Shown here piece by piece: positions 15,448-29,345 of a stretch of 64,000 nucleotides of DNA. The DNA comes from Octopus vulgaris (Eukaryota), in the NCBI GenBank assembly GCA_951406725.2, contig OX597821.1, positions 109,678,001-109,742,000 on the forward strand. The letters are read 5' to 3'. The notes under the pieces were generated by a model. The model worked only from the letters and a program-made list of their open reading frames with translations, was not told the origin of the DNA and did not search any database. Every line of letters starts with the position of its first letter. Within the stretch, counting starts at the first letter, position 1. A program made the translations under genes and the position numbers.

Positions 15448-16509
15448 ATGACAGATCTATCGGACTTTCAAAGATATCAAATTGTTGGTACTCGTATGGC
15501 AGGAGCTAGTTAGTATAACGAAACAACAGACGAAATATTTGGTGTATCAAGAAGTACTGTCTCGAAAGTAATGACAGAGTTTGAGAAAGAGGGAAAAAAA
15601 ACCTCCTCGTCGAAACAAAACTCCGGAAGAAAACCAAAACTTTCAGATAGGGACCGTCGCAATCTAACGCGAATTGTAAGAAAGGATCACAGAAGTACAG
15701 CTCGCAAAATTACTGCAGAGCTTACTGACCACCCTGAGAACCCAGTTTCCACTAAAAACTGTTCGCCGAGAGCTGTACAAAGCCGGATTTCTCGGGAGTG
15801 CTGCAATCAGAAATTCACTATTTGCAAAGACAAACGTTGCAAAACGTTTCGAGTGGAATAAAAACATACAGAATTGGTCCCTAGAGCAGTGGGAAAATGT
15901 TATTTTCACGGACGAGTTATCCTTTACCTTATTTCCGACCTCCGGCCAAGTACACATGTAGAGACAGCCAAAAGAAGCATTTGACCCAGACTGCCTTCTT
16001 CCAACTCTTAAACATGAAGGAGGATCTGTGATGATCTGGGGGATATATCTTGCAAATCCACCTGCCCAAGGACTATTTAAACGTTTTATCTAATCAACTT
16101 CATCCTATGGTAGCGTAACTGTTTCCGGGGGTAAACGCAATCTTTCAGGGTTATAATGCACCAATTCACACAGCTTAAGTTGTTATTGAACGGCACGAGG
16201 AATATTCAAATGAAGTTGAACATCTTATCTGGCCACTACAGTCCCCAGATCTCAATATTCTTGAACATTTATGGTGCATTTTAGAAAAACAAGCAAGAAG
16301 TCGATATCCTCCACCATCATCACTACAAGAACTAGAGACTGTTTTAGGTGAAGAATGGACCAAACTTTCTTTGGAAAGTATTCAAACTTTGTACGAATCC
16401 ATATCTCGTAGAATTCAAGCTGTAATTACTGCCAAAGGCGGTCCTACCCAATATTAAAATAAATTTGTTTGAAATTTTAAGGTGTTTCCATTAATTTGTC
16501 CACCCACTG
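15448..16509 (+). mobile_element. Tc1-family transposon, decayed, right TIR only
   Basis: MTDLSDFQRYQIVGTRMAGA start at 15448; SGRKPKLSDRDRR; VIFTDE; WPLQSPDLNILEHLW; AKGGPTQY* ending 16457; TIR ggtgtttccattaatttgtccacccactg followed by TA; many frameshifts. Confidence 0.9.
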
Positions 16510-16557
16510 TATATATATGTATGTGGCTATATATATATATATGTATATATAAATGTG

Positions 16558-16655
<98 letters not shown>

Positions 16656-16669
16656 TATATACATATACA

Positions 16670-16742
<73 letters not shown>

Positions 16743-17145
16743 TGTATTTTCATATGTTTCTTTTTATACACTCCTTTTTAATCAAGAAGACTTATGATTT
16801 GCAAGTGTTGCAGATGATATAACCATCCTTTTTCAGGATGGTTATATTTGCTACACTTGTAAATCATGAGATAGACCCTGTGTATCATGAAAAGCAATAA
16901 ACTGCTAGTCTGAAGATGATTCTGCGCGATTAGATAGCGATTTTGTTTCCTATCATTCGCAGGTTGGGCCGCCATGTTGACGTTCCATCGCTACGTCGTT
17001 TTGTAATTTATACATTGTGTGTGGGAAGGTGCGTGTGTGTTTGACTGTGTGTGTGTCTGCCTGTGGGCGTGTGCGTGTGTGACTGTTGATATGTACGTTT
17101 GTGTTTTTATCCATAAGTGTAATTTTGGATGTATATAGACGAATA

Positions 17146-17374
17146 GGGAAGGAGCTGGAAATTTCCTGGCTTTAAAGTTATTGCGAAAGGCCTCGTTGGA
17201 GGCCCAACCCTCCCGAGTTCTTAGGAAGAGTGAAACAAGGCTTAGGAATACTGGAAGACCGCGGCAATGAGTGCGTGAATTTGAGAAGAGGAAGATGTTG
17301 AAGAAAATCGTAATTAACTGATCCTCCTGTCTTTTCTTTTAGCCAAAACCAGGAATTTTTCAGTACCCACTCTT
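17146..17374. mobile_element. Probable mariner-type MITE
   Basis: Imperfect terminal inverted repeats ggagctggaaatttcctggcttt / aaaaccaggaatttttcagtaccc. Confidence 0.5.
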
Positions 17375-17427
17375 ATGAGAATATATAAAAATGTATGAAT
17401 AAACATATATGTATTTGTTCCCCTTTT

Positions 17428-17548
<121 letters not shown>

Positions 17549-17578
17549 CACATATATACACGTATATACATACAAATG

Positions 17579-17622
<44 letters not shown>

Positions 17623-17823
17623 CATATATAGTTATGTATATAGGTAGAAATGAATATGTATACATAAATATCTATACATATATATATATACATGTATATA
17701 TGTATACATTTGTATAATTATACATATTCATGTGTGTATGTATATATATATATATATACTCACACCCCCACACAGACATACGTGCGCATGTATAGAGTGA
17801 GACATACAAATAGAGAGAGAGAG

Positions 17824-17870
<47 letters not shown>

Positions 17871-18390
17871 AAAAAAGAAAAATGAAAGAAAGAAAGGGAG
17901 TGAGGGAGGGAGAGAGAGAGACACGAGAAGACATGAAAGCGTAACTGAGAGAGAAAAGAGGCTCTACGCGATGTGTGGGAGTGTTGTGTTGGTTGATTGT
18001 AATTTGTTTGATAACGAACTTTTGATGTAAAGAGGTTGGTAATTGTTCATCGTAGGGATTGCAGCTGTCAGCTGAAAAATTCTGTGTTTAAATACGAAAA
18101 GTACTACTCTCATTGAAACAATTCAAATACTACAACTGCTTCTGTTACTGGTGTTGCTGGTGATGGTGATGATGCTGATGATGGTGATGATGATGACGAT
18201 GATGGTGGTGGTGGTGGTGCACTGGAGAGTGCAACATGTGTGTGTGGGGCGGGGTGTGGGGGGGAGAGTGGATGGTGGTGTTGATACATGATGTCCCAAA
18301 CGTAACTAAATTGATAATTAGAACAATTACATACATGCAATAATGTGTTTGTATTACAGTTTCAAAACAAGGCGTCCAGTTTGGAACAAA

Positions 18391-18425
<35 letters not shown>

Positions 18426-18905
18426 GTATCCACACAAATTCAAACACACAAATATTTATATTTAAATTTAAAGACTACTGAAATGGTTGCTAGATGCAAC
18501 GAAAACTTTAGGAAAATAAAAATAAGAAATAAGTGGAAATTTTACTGGTGTATGTGTTAAATTATAAGACACAAAAAGAAAATGACTCTCCCCAGACACA
18601 ACAGAATATACATATATATATATATATAATGTTTTTCCCGTTTCCGTTTCGTCTCTGTTTTTTTGTTGTAAAAATATGGCTTGTCCGTTTTCGTTTTTCG
18701 TTGAGTTCTACGTCTAGTTGCAGTGTCCTGTACTCACGTATATATATTTATATATGCATGTATATATACATGTAGATGTAGGTACGTACATATATGTTTG
18801 TATGCATGCATATATTTTATTTATTACACTATTGTCTGACAGCGCGTTCGCGTCAGGGTCGATTCGATTCGTCGTTTCGGTCCACTTCCCTTCCTCCCAG
18901 TTTTG

Positions 18906-18939
<34 letters not shown>

Positions 18940-20578
18940 TATTTCGAATGAGATATCATTGCGGTTACCTAATGCTTAGAATTCCTTGTAAATCCATGCA
19001 TATCTGACCTTTATTCAGGCACTAAACACAATTTGTCCTCTGTCTTTCTTTTGCTATTGTATGCATTTAAAGGATAAGTGTGTGTGTGGGGGGGGGGGGA
19101 GGTTATAATAATATTTTGTTTCAGCTCCATAAGTTTAAAAATTTCTTAGACTCCTAGGACGAACCTATCTTCTTTACTATTTTTCTATCGTTCTGTTTTG
19201 TTGTCTAAATGCTTCCATAATATTCATAATATTCTCCTTTCATTCTCGTTACAATTTTGGTGAGGATTTCTGTTTTTTTTTCGTTTTTTTTTTCGACCAA
19301 TTAGCCCAATTTCTTTCTCATCTAGATATTTTAGTGTACACTTTGGGCTAGTAGTAATTATTTTTTTCTTTTATAGTCCTTGGTCGGACGTATCTTTTAC
19401 ATTTAGTTAAGCATTGTCTAAATTTTCTGAGATGCAGTTTTTGACTTAGTATTAAAGCACACGAGTGTCTTCCGTTAACTTTTGCGACACTTTCGCTGAG
19501 GAACCGCTTAAATTTGTTATTATCTACACAAAAAAGTTGTTTTCTTTTTTCTGAAATTATAGCAATATTAGTAGTAATCTCAAATATCGTAATATCGGTC
19601 CGCAGCTTGTTCTGAGCCACATCATTGTAAATTTCGGCAGGTGTTGCTACTTTGACAAGTGTCTACTTACCGTTTGAACTATTACTGTTTTTGTTATTAA
19701 TGTTTTTTGATCCCAAATTAGCCATTTTGGAGTCTATCATTGGTCAAAGACATTCCAGCTATGACCATCTCGTACTACAGAGTGGGCGGAGGTCAATGTG
19801 GTTCAGTGGTTGTAGTATTGTTTCTATTCTAGGACGGTAAAGGTACAATTTGAACGATAGTACTATAGTATTGCTTACGGTCAGGTCGAGTGTCCGCATA
19901 GGAATGTCTGCATTGCGTTGTACTAAAAAACCACATGTTATACATTTTTACAACTAAGTAGACTCAGCTGTTTGTCAAATATGGGAGAAAAAATTTAGGT
20001 CTATTTTATTGCCAACTGAGATCATTCTCTTGTATTTGTGATTTGTTTTATCTCGACGCGAAACAAAAATTAAAATAAAACAAAAACCAAGTAGCAGGGA
20101 AGACATTTTTCAAGATCTAAAGAAACTTGGATTAATCGATTACACTCGGACCCCCATTTTTGCTCTTTTCGTTTAGACTCATATTAGCCGTCATCGAGCT
20201 AATCATAGGTTTTTCAAAAAGTGGTGACCAAATGGTGTTCTCTCTAATCATCATCATCAAGGCATCAGATACACAAACCAGTCTTAATGTCCTAGTTAGC
20301 CACTGCTGTTCTGATGTCCTAATTAGCCTCTGACTAACTAGGATATTCTATTGTCATATTAACCCTTTAACATTTAAACCGGCTGTATCAGGCAAAAATA
20401 TTCTACAGGTTTTTTGTTGATCTCGGTCAGATCCGGCCCTTCACACTTACCATGTAATGTCATTCTAAAATATAAACATTCTCATCACTGAAATCTGGGC
20501 GATATATATATATATATATATATTATGGAGATGTACTTGCATAGCAAGTGACCTGGTCTGAGATCGTGAGCTGGAATG

Positions 20579-20788
20579 AAAACAATTGCAGCGTGGAAGG
20601 TGTTTATAAACCATTCACTTCAACATTTAAATTTAATTTGCTGCAGCACGGTATTTTGTCAGTGAACAGGTCGCGGTCTCAAAGCGACGAAAATATTTTG
20701 ACAAATTAGATTTAAATGTTGAAGTGAATCTAACGGTTTTTGTGTGTTTTGCATGGCTTATAAACACCTCCAACGCTGCAATTGTTTT
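20579..20788. repeat. Fold-back insertion with hammerhead-shaped motif (20656-20704, +)
   Basis: Arms aaaacaattgcagcgtggaaggtgtttataa / ttataaacacctccaacgctgcaattgtttt and ttcacttcaacatttaaat / atttaaatgttgaagtgaa. Motif ttgtca GTGAACAG gtcgc..gcgac GAAAATATTT tgacaa has intact stems but a non-canonical core. Confidence 0.7.
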
Positions 20789-20791
20789 TAA

Positions 20792-20853
<62 letters not shown>

Positions 20854-21082
20854 GTGTACCAGTACGTTGGCTGATTGTGTGAACTACGAAATCTCCCAGA
20901 CGGCCGACCCTTATTTTAGGTTGGTGAAGTGCAAATAAAAATGTGTGATATCAATTGTTTTCTGTGGTCTGGGTTGAAAAATTCATAGAATGATCAAATT
21001 TTCATAGCATTGGAATAACAGAGGAATCAACGAGTGTTGATGTTTGGTTAGATCAAAGTTTCTGGGAGGTATGATATGTGTT

Positions 21083-21375
21083 GGAGGCGCAATGGCCCAG
21101 TGGTTAGGGCAGCGGACTCGCGGTCGTAGGATCGCGGTTCCGATTCCCATACTGGGCGTTGTGAGTGTTTATTGAGCGAAAACACCTAAAACTCTACGAG
21201 GCGGGAGGGGGGACGATCCATGTTGTACTCTTTCGCCACAACTTTCTCTCACTTTTTCTTCTGTTGGCCTACTCGCTTAGCCAGCGGAGAGACGTCATTT
21301 GAAGGCTAAAACAATGCGAAACGCATTGTGACCAGCGATGTGTAGCAACATCTGATAGCCTGGTCGATCACAGTG
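21083..21375 (+). mobile_element. SINE family B, tail type 2, with 12-bp TSD (1 mismatch)
   Basis: Clear tRNA-like head ggaggcgcaatggcccagtggttagggcagcggactcgcggtcgtaggatcgcggttccgattcc; TSD atgatatgtgtt (21071-21082) / atgaaatgtgtt (21376-21387). Confidence 0.9.
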
Positions 21376-21432
21376 ATGAAATGTGTTAGAGATAAATATA
21401 AATATTCCTCAATTCTAGCTTTTAATGTAGAC

Positions 21433-21735
21433 CATTGGTCCTCAGCTACGGTCAAAATGACCCCTGAGGATTCATATAAAATTTTTGGAGGTTCATATTG
21501 AGGATCCACGATAGTATTTTGAGCATCCAATGAAAAAAGTTTCCTTCAGATGTATTTATTGCAAGGAACAACGAGGTCCCTTCTCTAATGTTTTACATGT
21601 GTGATGAACAAAATTGAAATTTTGAGTGAAGAATTCATTAAACTACTTTCAAATATCGAATCGATGTGGGGTCCACAATAATAGAATAATAACCAAAGAA
21701 GTCCCTAGATAAAAAAAAATGGTTGAGGACCAGTG
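21433..21735. mobile_element. hAT (Charlie-like) MITE
   Basis: TIRs cattggtcctcagc / ggttgaggaccagtg; degenerate 8-bp TSD atgtagac / atgtgggc. Related ends at 28924, 30444, 36630-36647 and 52931. Confidence 0.65.
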
Positions 21736-22199
21736 ATGTGGGCGAATGAGAACTATTTTGGAAATGCTTAATCCCTAAAGATTTTATTTTGCAATTGGAA
21801 TGGAAATGGAGAATATCACACGCGTATAAAACAGTAAAAAATCGCCTCACAGTTTCGTTGAGACCAAAAATCGTTGGTGCCTTGAGACATTGATGGTTTT
21901 ACCATGCTGATAGTTCAAGAATGATAAAAGGAAATTCCAAATCAGGTATTCCTGTCTTACGGAAATCTAAAAAAGAAAAAGGGGTGTCTCGCTTACACAA
22001 TATATTGTTACTGAACTATCTGTCGACTATGTTTATATTTGTCAAATATTATTGTGAAAGAAGTAATTTCAAACTGGAAGCCTTTCTCCATTCGCGCGAC
22101 ACTCAAAGCCATTCCTTCCATCTTGATTTATTCCAGACGTGCATATCTCTTGAAGTCGGTTTCATTCTACCAACTACAATTTCACGAATAATGCCTCGG

Positions 22200-23800
22200 C
22201 CTGCGAGTTATTTCCGTTTCTTAAACTACATTATCAGAGAACTTTTAAAATTTTCTTGATTACAGAGACAGATGATAAACATCACTGTCAAAAATTTCTG
22301 GGGAAAAAATTAAATTACGGCTCAATGTAAGCAATTAAAAATATTAAAGATGCCAGGGAGGAAGTTAAAACACACTTATTTGGGGTTTGGAAATAAACTG
22401 CGTTCTAATGTAATTAAGGAGCGTTATAATATGCAGGTTACAACCGTCTTAGTGAACAATGACCCTATACAAATAGTGCAAATTTGAAATTGTGATAGCT
22501 AATCTTCTTGATGTCTGGCATCAATTACACCCTGAAAATTTAATTATAACCTTAAATTTACTATAGCCTTAAATTTACTATTAAAAATTTTAATTATACC
22601 CTTTAAATTTACTATTTTAGTTGCGCGGACCTCCAAAAATCTTATATGGACCTTCAAATCTCGATACATTCCAAACGAACATAAATACTGAAGTCATTTT
22701 CAATATAATTTCACTACTAAAACCCAGATCCAAGATTTATTTCTACTTTAAAATTATTGGGTTGTCCGGATAGTTCGTGCCGATTTATAGTAGCTTACAT
22801 TTCGACTTATTTTAGAACATGGTTGAATCCATAAAATAGGATTTGACTACACCGCCATTTAGAGCACTGTTTAAGCTATCTTTTCGTGAAAGAAGGTTTA
22901 TCTTCCTATAACCTGTGTTAATTCTGTAACCCTTTAAAATGGAAGAAAGTTAATTTGCGGCACTTGATGCTGTGGGAACCAGACAAAAATTGCTGCAGCT
23001 CGGCTTGGATGTGTTACCCCACCCTTCATATTCACCAGATATTGCTCCTTCGGATTTCCCCTTATTCAGGTCTCTGCAGAATAGTCTTAAAGGTAAAAAT
23101 TTCAATTCTTTGATGAATTCTTTGCCATGAAACCAGCTCAGTTCTGGGAAAAGGGGATTTTCAAGTTAAAGGAAAGATGGAGACGCATTGTGCAACAAAA
23201 TGGTTCATATTTGGTTGATTAAAAGTGTAATGGCAAGTATGTATTGAACTTTTTCTTTCCTTTAAAAATCGGCACGAACTTTCCGGACAACTCAATATAT
23301 TATAGAGAAGAACTGGAAATTCTTTGGATGATAGTAGCAGATAATCAGCATTATCTGTCAAAGATTTGGGGAAAACTACATTAGAAATATTATAGATGCC
23401 TGGGAAGAATTTCAAGATGCATCTTTCTGTAGGGCTTGGGGGAAAAAAAAAACTTCGTTCATATGTGAAGGAATGCGGGTTAGCGCATACAGCCGTCTTA
23501 ACCAACAATAACCATGTACAAACAGTTAGAAAGTGGGATTTGAAGGAGGTGTGGCAGTTGATCTACCGGATTTCTTGACACAGCTCCATCTATGAAGGGC
23601 TTAAAGAACGTTTAGTTCAGACAGCTAAGAAGAGTTTCGTTCACAACAGCCTTTATAATGAGAACGACAGAGATCTTACGTAAAAAGCCTTAATGAAGTA
23701 ATTCGTATATTGGTGCGTTTCGGAAACATGATCCTAATTTTGAATAAACCATGAAAAGGGAAAAGTGATCCGTAATTTTAGAGCCGAGTTATTATAAGAA
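22200..23800 (+). pseudogene. Highly degraded pogo/Tigger-like transposase remnants (two), one split by a mariner
   Basis: NIKDAREEVKTHLFGVWK (about 22340-22395); PDPRFISTLK|YYRE across the mariner insertion; NYIRNIIDAWEEFQDASFCRAWGKK (about 23374-23450). These resemble DDE_1 C-terminal motifs. Confidence 0.45.
22757..23295 (+). mobile_element. Internally deleted mariner element with both TIRs and TA TSD
   Basis: TIRs ttgggttgtccggatagttcgtgccgattt / aaatcggcacgaactttccggacaactcaa, flanked by TA; remnant LPHPSYSPDIAPSDFPLFRSLQNSL. Confidence 0.9.
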
Positions 23801-23994
23801 GATTTAGAGCTTCATATAAAGCAGGCAGAACAGAGTATCGCAGACATGTGAAAAATTTTAAAAAGAAGACTAAAGCAAATATAGAACCGTCTCCATTTTG
23901 TTTTATTGCATATTCTTTCTTATATTTTTTTCATTTATTGCGTAAACTGAAGGCAATATGTATGCATGTGTATGTATGTATGTGTGTGTGCGTG

Positions 23995-24051
<57 letters not shown>

Positions 24052-24061
24052 TTTACATATG

Positions 24062-24146
<85 letters not shown>

Positions 24147-24213
24147 TATATATCTGTATATATATATGTATATATATATATATATAAAATATATATATGT
24201 TTGTGTGTATATG

Positions 24214-24255
<42 letters not shown>

Positions 24256-24585
24256 CATACATACTACATATAATTTTGTATGCAAGTTGCATCATTTTCA
24301 TATTAACTGTGTAAACTTTTTTGATGGAATTACAGTTCCATATAATTTTCTTAAAATAAGTGCCATGCCTTTTTTCTTCTTTTTATTTAAGGGCATTATA
24401 AGTCTACGCTACTTTAAATAGCTATATATTGCTTTGAAAGTGTGAGAAAAATAATAATTAATAAAGTCGGCATAAAATCTATGATTTACCTTCCAAGAAG
24501 ATATTATATTGTTTAATCAAAACATTGACGCGTTTGTGTAGGCATACATACGTACGGAAGTAGCTATATGCATACTTATGTGTGT

Positions 24586-24661
<76 letters not shown>

Positions 24662-24745
24662 TATATGTGCCAGGCAGTGGGACTGAATCTGGGACCATGT
24701 GGTTAGGAAGCAAGCTACTTACCATACAGCCACTCCTGCGCCAAT

Positions 24746-24809
<64 letters not shown>

Positions 24810-26059
24810 GCATGTATATATGTATGTAAGTATATATGTATGTATATACACATATATATATATACAGTATGTGTGTGTATGCATTCATATACACATACAT
24901 ACATACATACATACATACATACATACATACATACATACATACATACACATATATATATATATATATGCACAACGATGTATACGATAAAACCAAAGAAAAA
25001 AATGGCTGATAATAAAAAGAAAATCTAAAAAAAAAAAGTATTTTCCCCAAGCGCAACCACATGTTTGAAATGTTCTCAGAGCTGTCTTACACTTCACGTG
25101 TTATTAATTATCATAATACAACTTGCCAAGGGAGGAAATCCCTTCCTATATCATTCGCAGTAGATTTCTTGCCTCACAATTTTGAATTCCTATTTTTCCC
25201 AGATTTTCCGCCAAGAAACATTAGGGAAAGTAAAGAACGAGTGGACGTTTTCTTATTTTTTAATTATTTTAAAAATTATTCTTTGCATATAATACATTAG
25301 AAGAAAGAAATAGATATTTGTATGAGATCAGCCAAATTGACATATATATATATATGCATACATATCAGTGGCGTGCGGTGAGTTCTGACGTACGTTATGC
25401 AATAAATACTTGGCACACATGGCGGAGTCGTGACCCCAGCCCTTCCTTCTTCCTTTAAAAAGGTTTTTTTTTTTTTTTACGGAAACCCATGTTTTCGGCT
25501 TTGGAGATTCCAATTCTGAAAAACATTGTCGAAAATCGCAACTTCAAAATTTCGATACAGATAATAATTTCAAAACTTACGACAGAGCGAAATAGACATT
25601 CCAAAGTCACGGCAGCATTTGATTAATTTGATTAACTAAAAAGTATGGAGTTGTTGATATGTTTTGGTCAGAATATTTTACAGGTCAAAAAGTGAAACCC
25701 GTTAGCGACATCAATTACAATGAAAGCCAAAGCATGCATGCGTTTTACTGAAAGCATATCGAGATGAAAAATAGAATCTTACAGGTATTGAAAATGATAG
25801 TTATTGAAAGGATGGGGCAAAGATTTCATACGCGTTTTTCTTTAAGCATGCCTACAGGAAGCAAGATGGAAACACTGAGTATTATTAATCTGGACGGGTT
25901 ACCTTTGAAACAAAGTAACTATTTTAGCACAGTTTTTCTATAATTTGGACAACTTTTCAATGTTGTTATAAATACATAACGTTCTTAAAATAGTTTTTGA
26001 GTTATATGCAGAGTATGACTAGCATGAATCAACTGCACGCCACTGATAAAGATAGATAT

Positions 26060-26130
<71 letters not shown>

Positions 26131-26409
26131 CATACATACATACATACATACATACATACATACATTCATACATACATACATACATACATACATACATACA
26201 TACATACATACATACATAGCAAAAGAGACCGATAGAATAAGTACTAGGCTTACAAAGAATAAGTCCTGGGGTCGATTTGCTCGACTAAAGGCGGTGCTCC
26301 AGCATGGCCACAGTCAAATGACTGAAACAAGTAAAAGAGTAAAAGAGTATACATACATACATACATACATACATACATACATAGGTAGGTAGGTAGGTAG
26401 GTAGGTAGA

Positions 26410-27950
26410 TATTTTTCTTTATTAGCCACACAGGGCTGCACACAGACGGGACAGATTACAAAGTAGAGCTTTTCTTTTTGGGGAAAAAAGAAAAAAAAGA
26501 AAGAAAAAGTGGGGTAGGTTTTCGATCAAAAGGGATTGTAAAAGGGAAACAAAAAAAAAAGAATAAACGATCAATAGGGATTGTGTATCACAGAACTGTC
26601 ATGGTGTAAAGTGTAAAGGGGGAAGTAGATAAGATTTATCCGTGGAAAGAAAAGCCTACGGAAAATACCACGGTAACCTCGGTCAATAATGTCACATGTT
26701 AACACATTTGTTTGCATGTAGGTAACCCTGTTTTAAATTTTTCCGGGTTCATAGGATTATGCTCAAGGTGGCTTCGTCATTCATACATGCCATCCTTGCC
26801 ACATTCACCCATCCTTTTTTGAAAATTCGCTAGACAAAACTCGCCTCTCTACTCTCACTTTCCTTTTCAAGAGATACTTGAAGAAGTTGATAAGAGATTG
26901 ACCAGAGAGGAAAGTGTTTGTCTCTAATGCTTTTAGACGCGTCCACCAGATTCATTCTTTCGCCATAGCCACAAGAATGATGAAAATAGCTCTTCCTTTC
27001 CGTTTGAAGGAAGGAAGCGTGACAATATTGACGATAGACTCGGCTGATAAACTGACTTGTCCCATACGTGACAGCAGTCGTTCGACATAAGCCCACAGGT
27101 CGGAAATGGTTAGACATTGCACGAGTGCATGCAGAACGGTTTCGTCGCTCTGATCGCATCTCAGGCAGGTCGGCCCCGTGTTTCTCGAGCCGTCTGTAGA
27201 GCTTATCCCGAACGGATAGCGCTTCTCGGTAGCACTGCCAGGCCAGGGATCTCTGGAAGCTGTCCATGGGTCCTGGCCCGAAAGTCGTCCTCAACAAGCG
27301 GGTCAGGTATTCCTCGTCGACGTCCAGGTTCGCCCCGAGCTCGTCGTCGTACCTCCCCTCCACTAATCCTCTATAGAATGTTTTGGTTGTGTTGAAGTCA
27401 CTCAAGATCGACTCGGAACGGCATAGTTGCTTGAGAGCAACGCAACACTCGCGGTGCCATTCGCCCTTCCTCGGCCTCTTTTTGATCCACGACTGCAGTT
27501 TGGTCATGGAGACGAGTTGCGAGAAAGCGTGCCTCACAAACGGCGACCACACCTGTTCACCGTCGTCTACGTAGAGCCGGAGATGTCGCAGTCTCAGCAC
27601 GTGTCTGCGCATCATCAACCACGACATTCCCAGCCCTCCTTTTAACGGGTGTTGACAGCAAATGGATCGCTTGACCATCGAAACGCATCCTTTCCACAAG
27701 AAGCGAAAGAGAATGCGTTCTCGTTTGGTGATGGTAGAATCGGGGCAAGTCACGACGGTCAGGTGGTAGTAGATGACGGACGCAATGTACGTGTTCGCCA
27801 CCTCCGCCCGACCTTTTAGGGACAGTTTCCTCTCGGCCCATTGCCGGGCGAGTGTGACCACCCTACTCTTTATCTCGTTCAAGTTCTACTCCATTTGGAG
27901 GTCCGGACCAAACTAGACCCCGAGCAACTCGACAGGACCGTCGGTCCAGC
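26410..27950 (-). mobile_element. 5'-truncated Tx1/L1-clade LINE (end of RT, thumb, zinc finger, 3' UTR)
   Basis: ORF 26830-27882: WAERKLSLKGRAEVAN, LFRFLWKG..VKRSICCQHPLKGGLG, LAWQCYREALSVRDKL; frameshifted CPRC..ETVLHALVQC; VELLGV upstream; 3' end gccctgtgtggctaataaagaaaaat. Confidence 0.88.
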
Positions 27951-28323
27951 GTGCCAAATTTATTCACAAGGTTTTGGTCAGTCCGAGATTATAGTAGAAG
28001 ATCCGGCGCAGTGGATTTAACCAGGAACCATGTGGTTAGGAACCATGTGGTTAGGAAGCAAAGCCTCTTACCACTGAGCCACGCTTGCGCCTATGAACGG
28101 CTAAACTTGACTGGCGGGGCGGGGGGGGGGCATTCTTACGTTTGCTTGCACTGTAGGGGGTCACAGTATACTTGCGAGGACAATAAGTATTTCTTAGATT
28201 GGAATGACATGGCTCCGAAGTACGTGTAATTTGTCAGCAATTATTCGCAAAATACATGATATAAACCGGAAGGTGAGTGGAAGGTTCGGTTGAGCGGAAT
28301 TAAAGGATACCAATTTAAAATGC

Positions 28324-28359
<36 letters not shown>

Positions 28360-28619
28360 GTAAATAAATATGTTAAACTATGAAGTAAGATTTGAAATGG
28401 TTCTCACAGTATTATTTTTAGCAGGTCATTGTAAAGTAAATGGTTGACCTTTCTCTATTTGGAAACGCATCCATGTACAATAAATACTTCCGGAAGTACT
28501 AGATTAGTATCGTTAGCTTCCTGCGTTCCACTTGACACTGGCGTCTTCCCTGCACCACCGCCACAACCATCTCCATATGTACACAAAAACACTCACAAAC
28601 ACACACACACATATATATA

Positions 28620-28658
<39 letters not shown>

Positions 28659-28968
28659 ACCGCATCTTTTTTCTCTGGCGCGCTCAGAATCGATTACGTC
28701 ATCATTCAAGCGGCATAAAGTCTACACTGCTGCCGGCACCACCATCACACATACAGCAACCGGTTCCTTATTTATATACAAACATCAGTTTTATAATTAC
28801 AACCAACAACACCACTAACAACAAACGAACGAAAATGCGCGGGAAAGACTCCGTGCGCTCACCTGTATCGCTTATAAAAATCAACAAATCACGTCACCAA
28901 GGCCCATGTTGTAGTACTTAGGGCAGCTATTCTCAACCAGGGCCTAGATCACCCTTGGAGGTCCATAT

Positions 28969-29255
28969 TGTTTGTTTGTTCCTTCTCGAGCCATGCCTGG
29001 CTCATAAGGCGTATAGGGTCCCCACCTGGACAGGACGCCGCTCGTCGCAGGAGAGCTGCAAACTGCAGGAGGAAAGAGTTAGAGAAAGTTGTGGCGAAAG
29101 AGTCAGTAGAAGTTCGCCTTTACCTTCTGTCGGAGCTGCGTGGAGCTTAGGTGCTTTTGTTCATAAACACACACATCACCCGGTCTGAGATTCGAACCCG
29201 CGATCCCTCGACCGCGAGTCCGCTGCTCTAACCACTAGGCCATGTGCCTCCACAT
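28969..29255 (-). mobile_element. SINE family B, tail type 3, with 8-bp TSD
   Basis: Minus head ggaggcacatggcctagtggttagagcagcggactcgcggtcgagggatcgcgggttcgaatc; tail ...gagccaggcatggctcgagaagg(aaca)n; TSD gtccatat at 28961-28968 and 29256-29263. Confidence 0.9.
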
Positions 29256-29345
29256 GTCCATATGACCTTCGGAGGTTCATATAAGATTTTCCTGCTGAAA
29301 TTTGATGTTCAATGAATTGGTGACACTTCTACAATATATAAAATA

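Noticed and set aside
18110-18447. Poly-His / Pro-Ser exon (also 63616-63986)
   Set aside because: Degenerate GGT/GAT repeats; no domain or convincing splice structure, though a small exon cannot be excluded without RNA data.
19100-20300. Possible ancient LINE/PLE coding remnant on the minus strand
   Set aside because: A-rich coding-like texture but no motif I can identify; left unannotated.
21083-21155. tRNA gene (also 29185-29255 and 48460-48525)
   Set aside because: tRNA-like heads run directly into SINE bodies, with TSDs around the whole element where visible; no proper acceptor stem.
25366-25980. Possible hAT left end (cagtggcgtgcgg) with transposase remnant
   Set aside because: No matching right TIR, TSD or readable motif.
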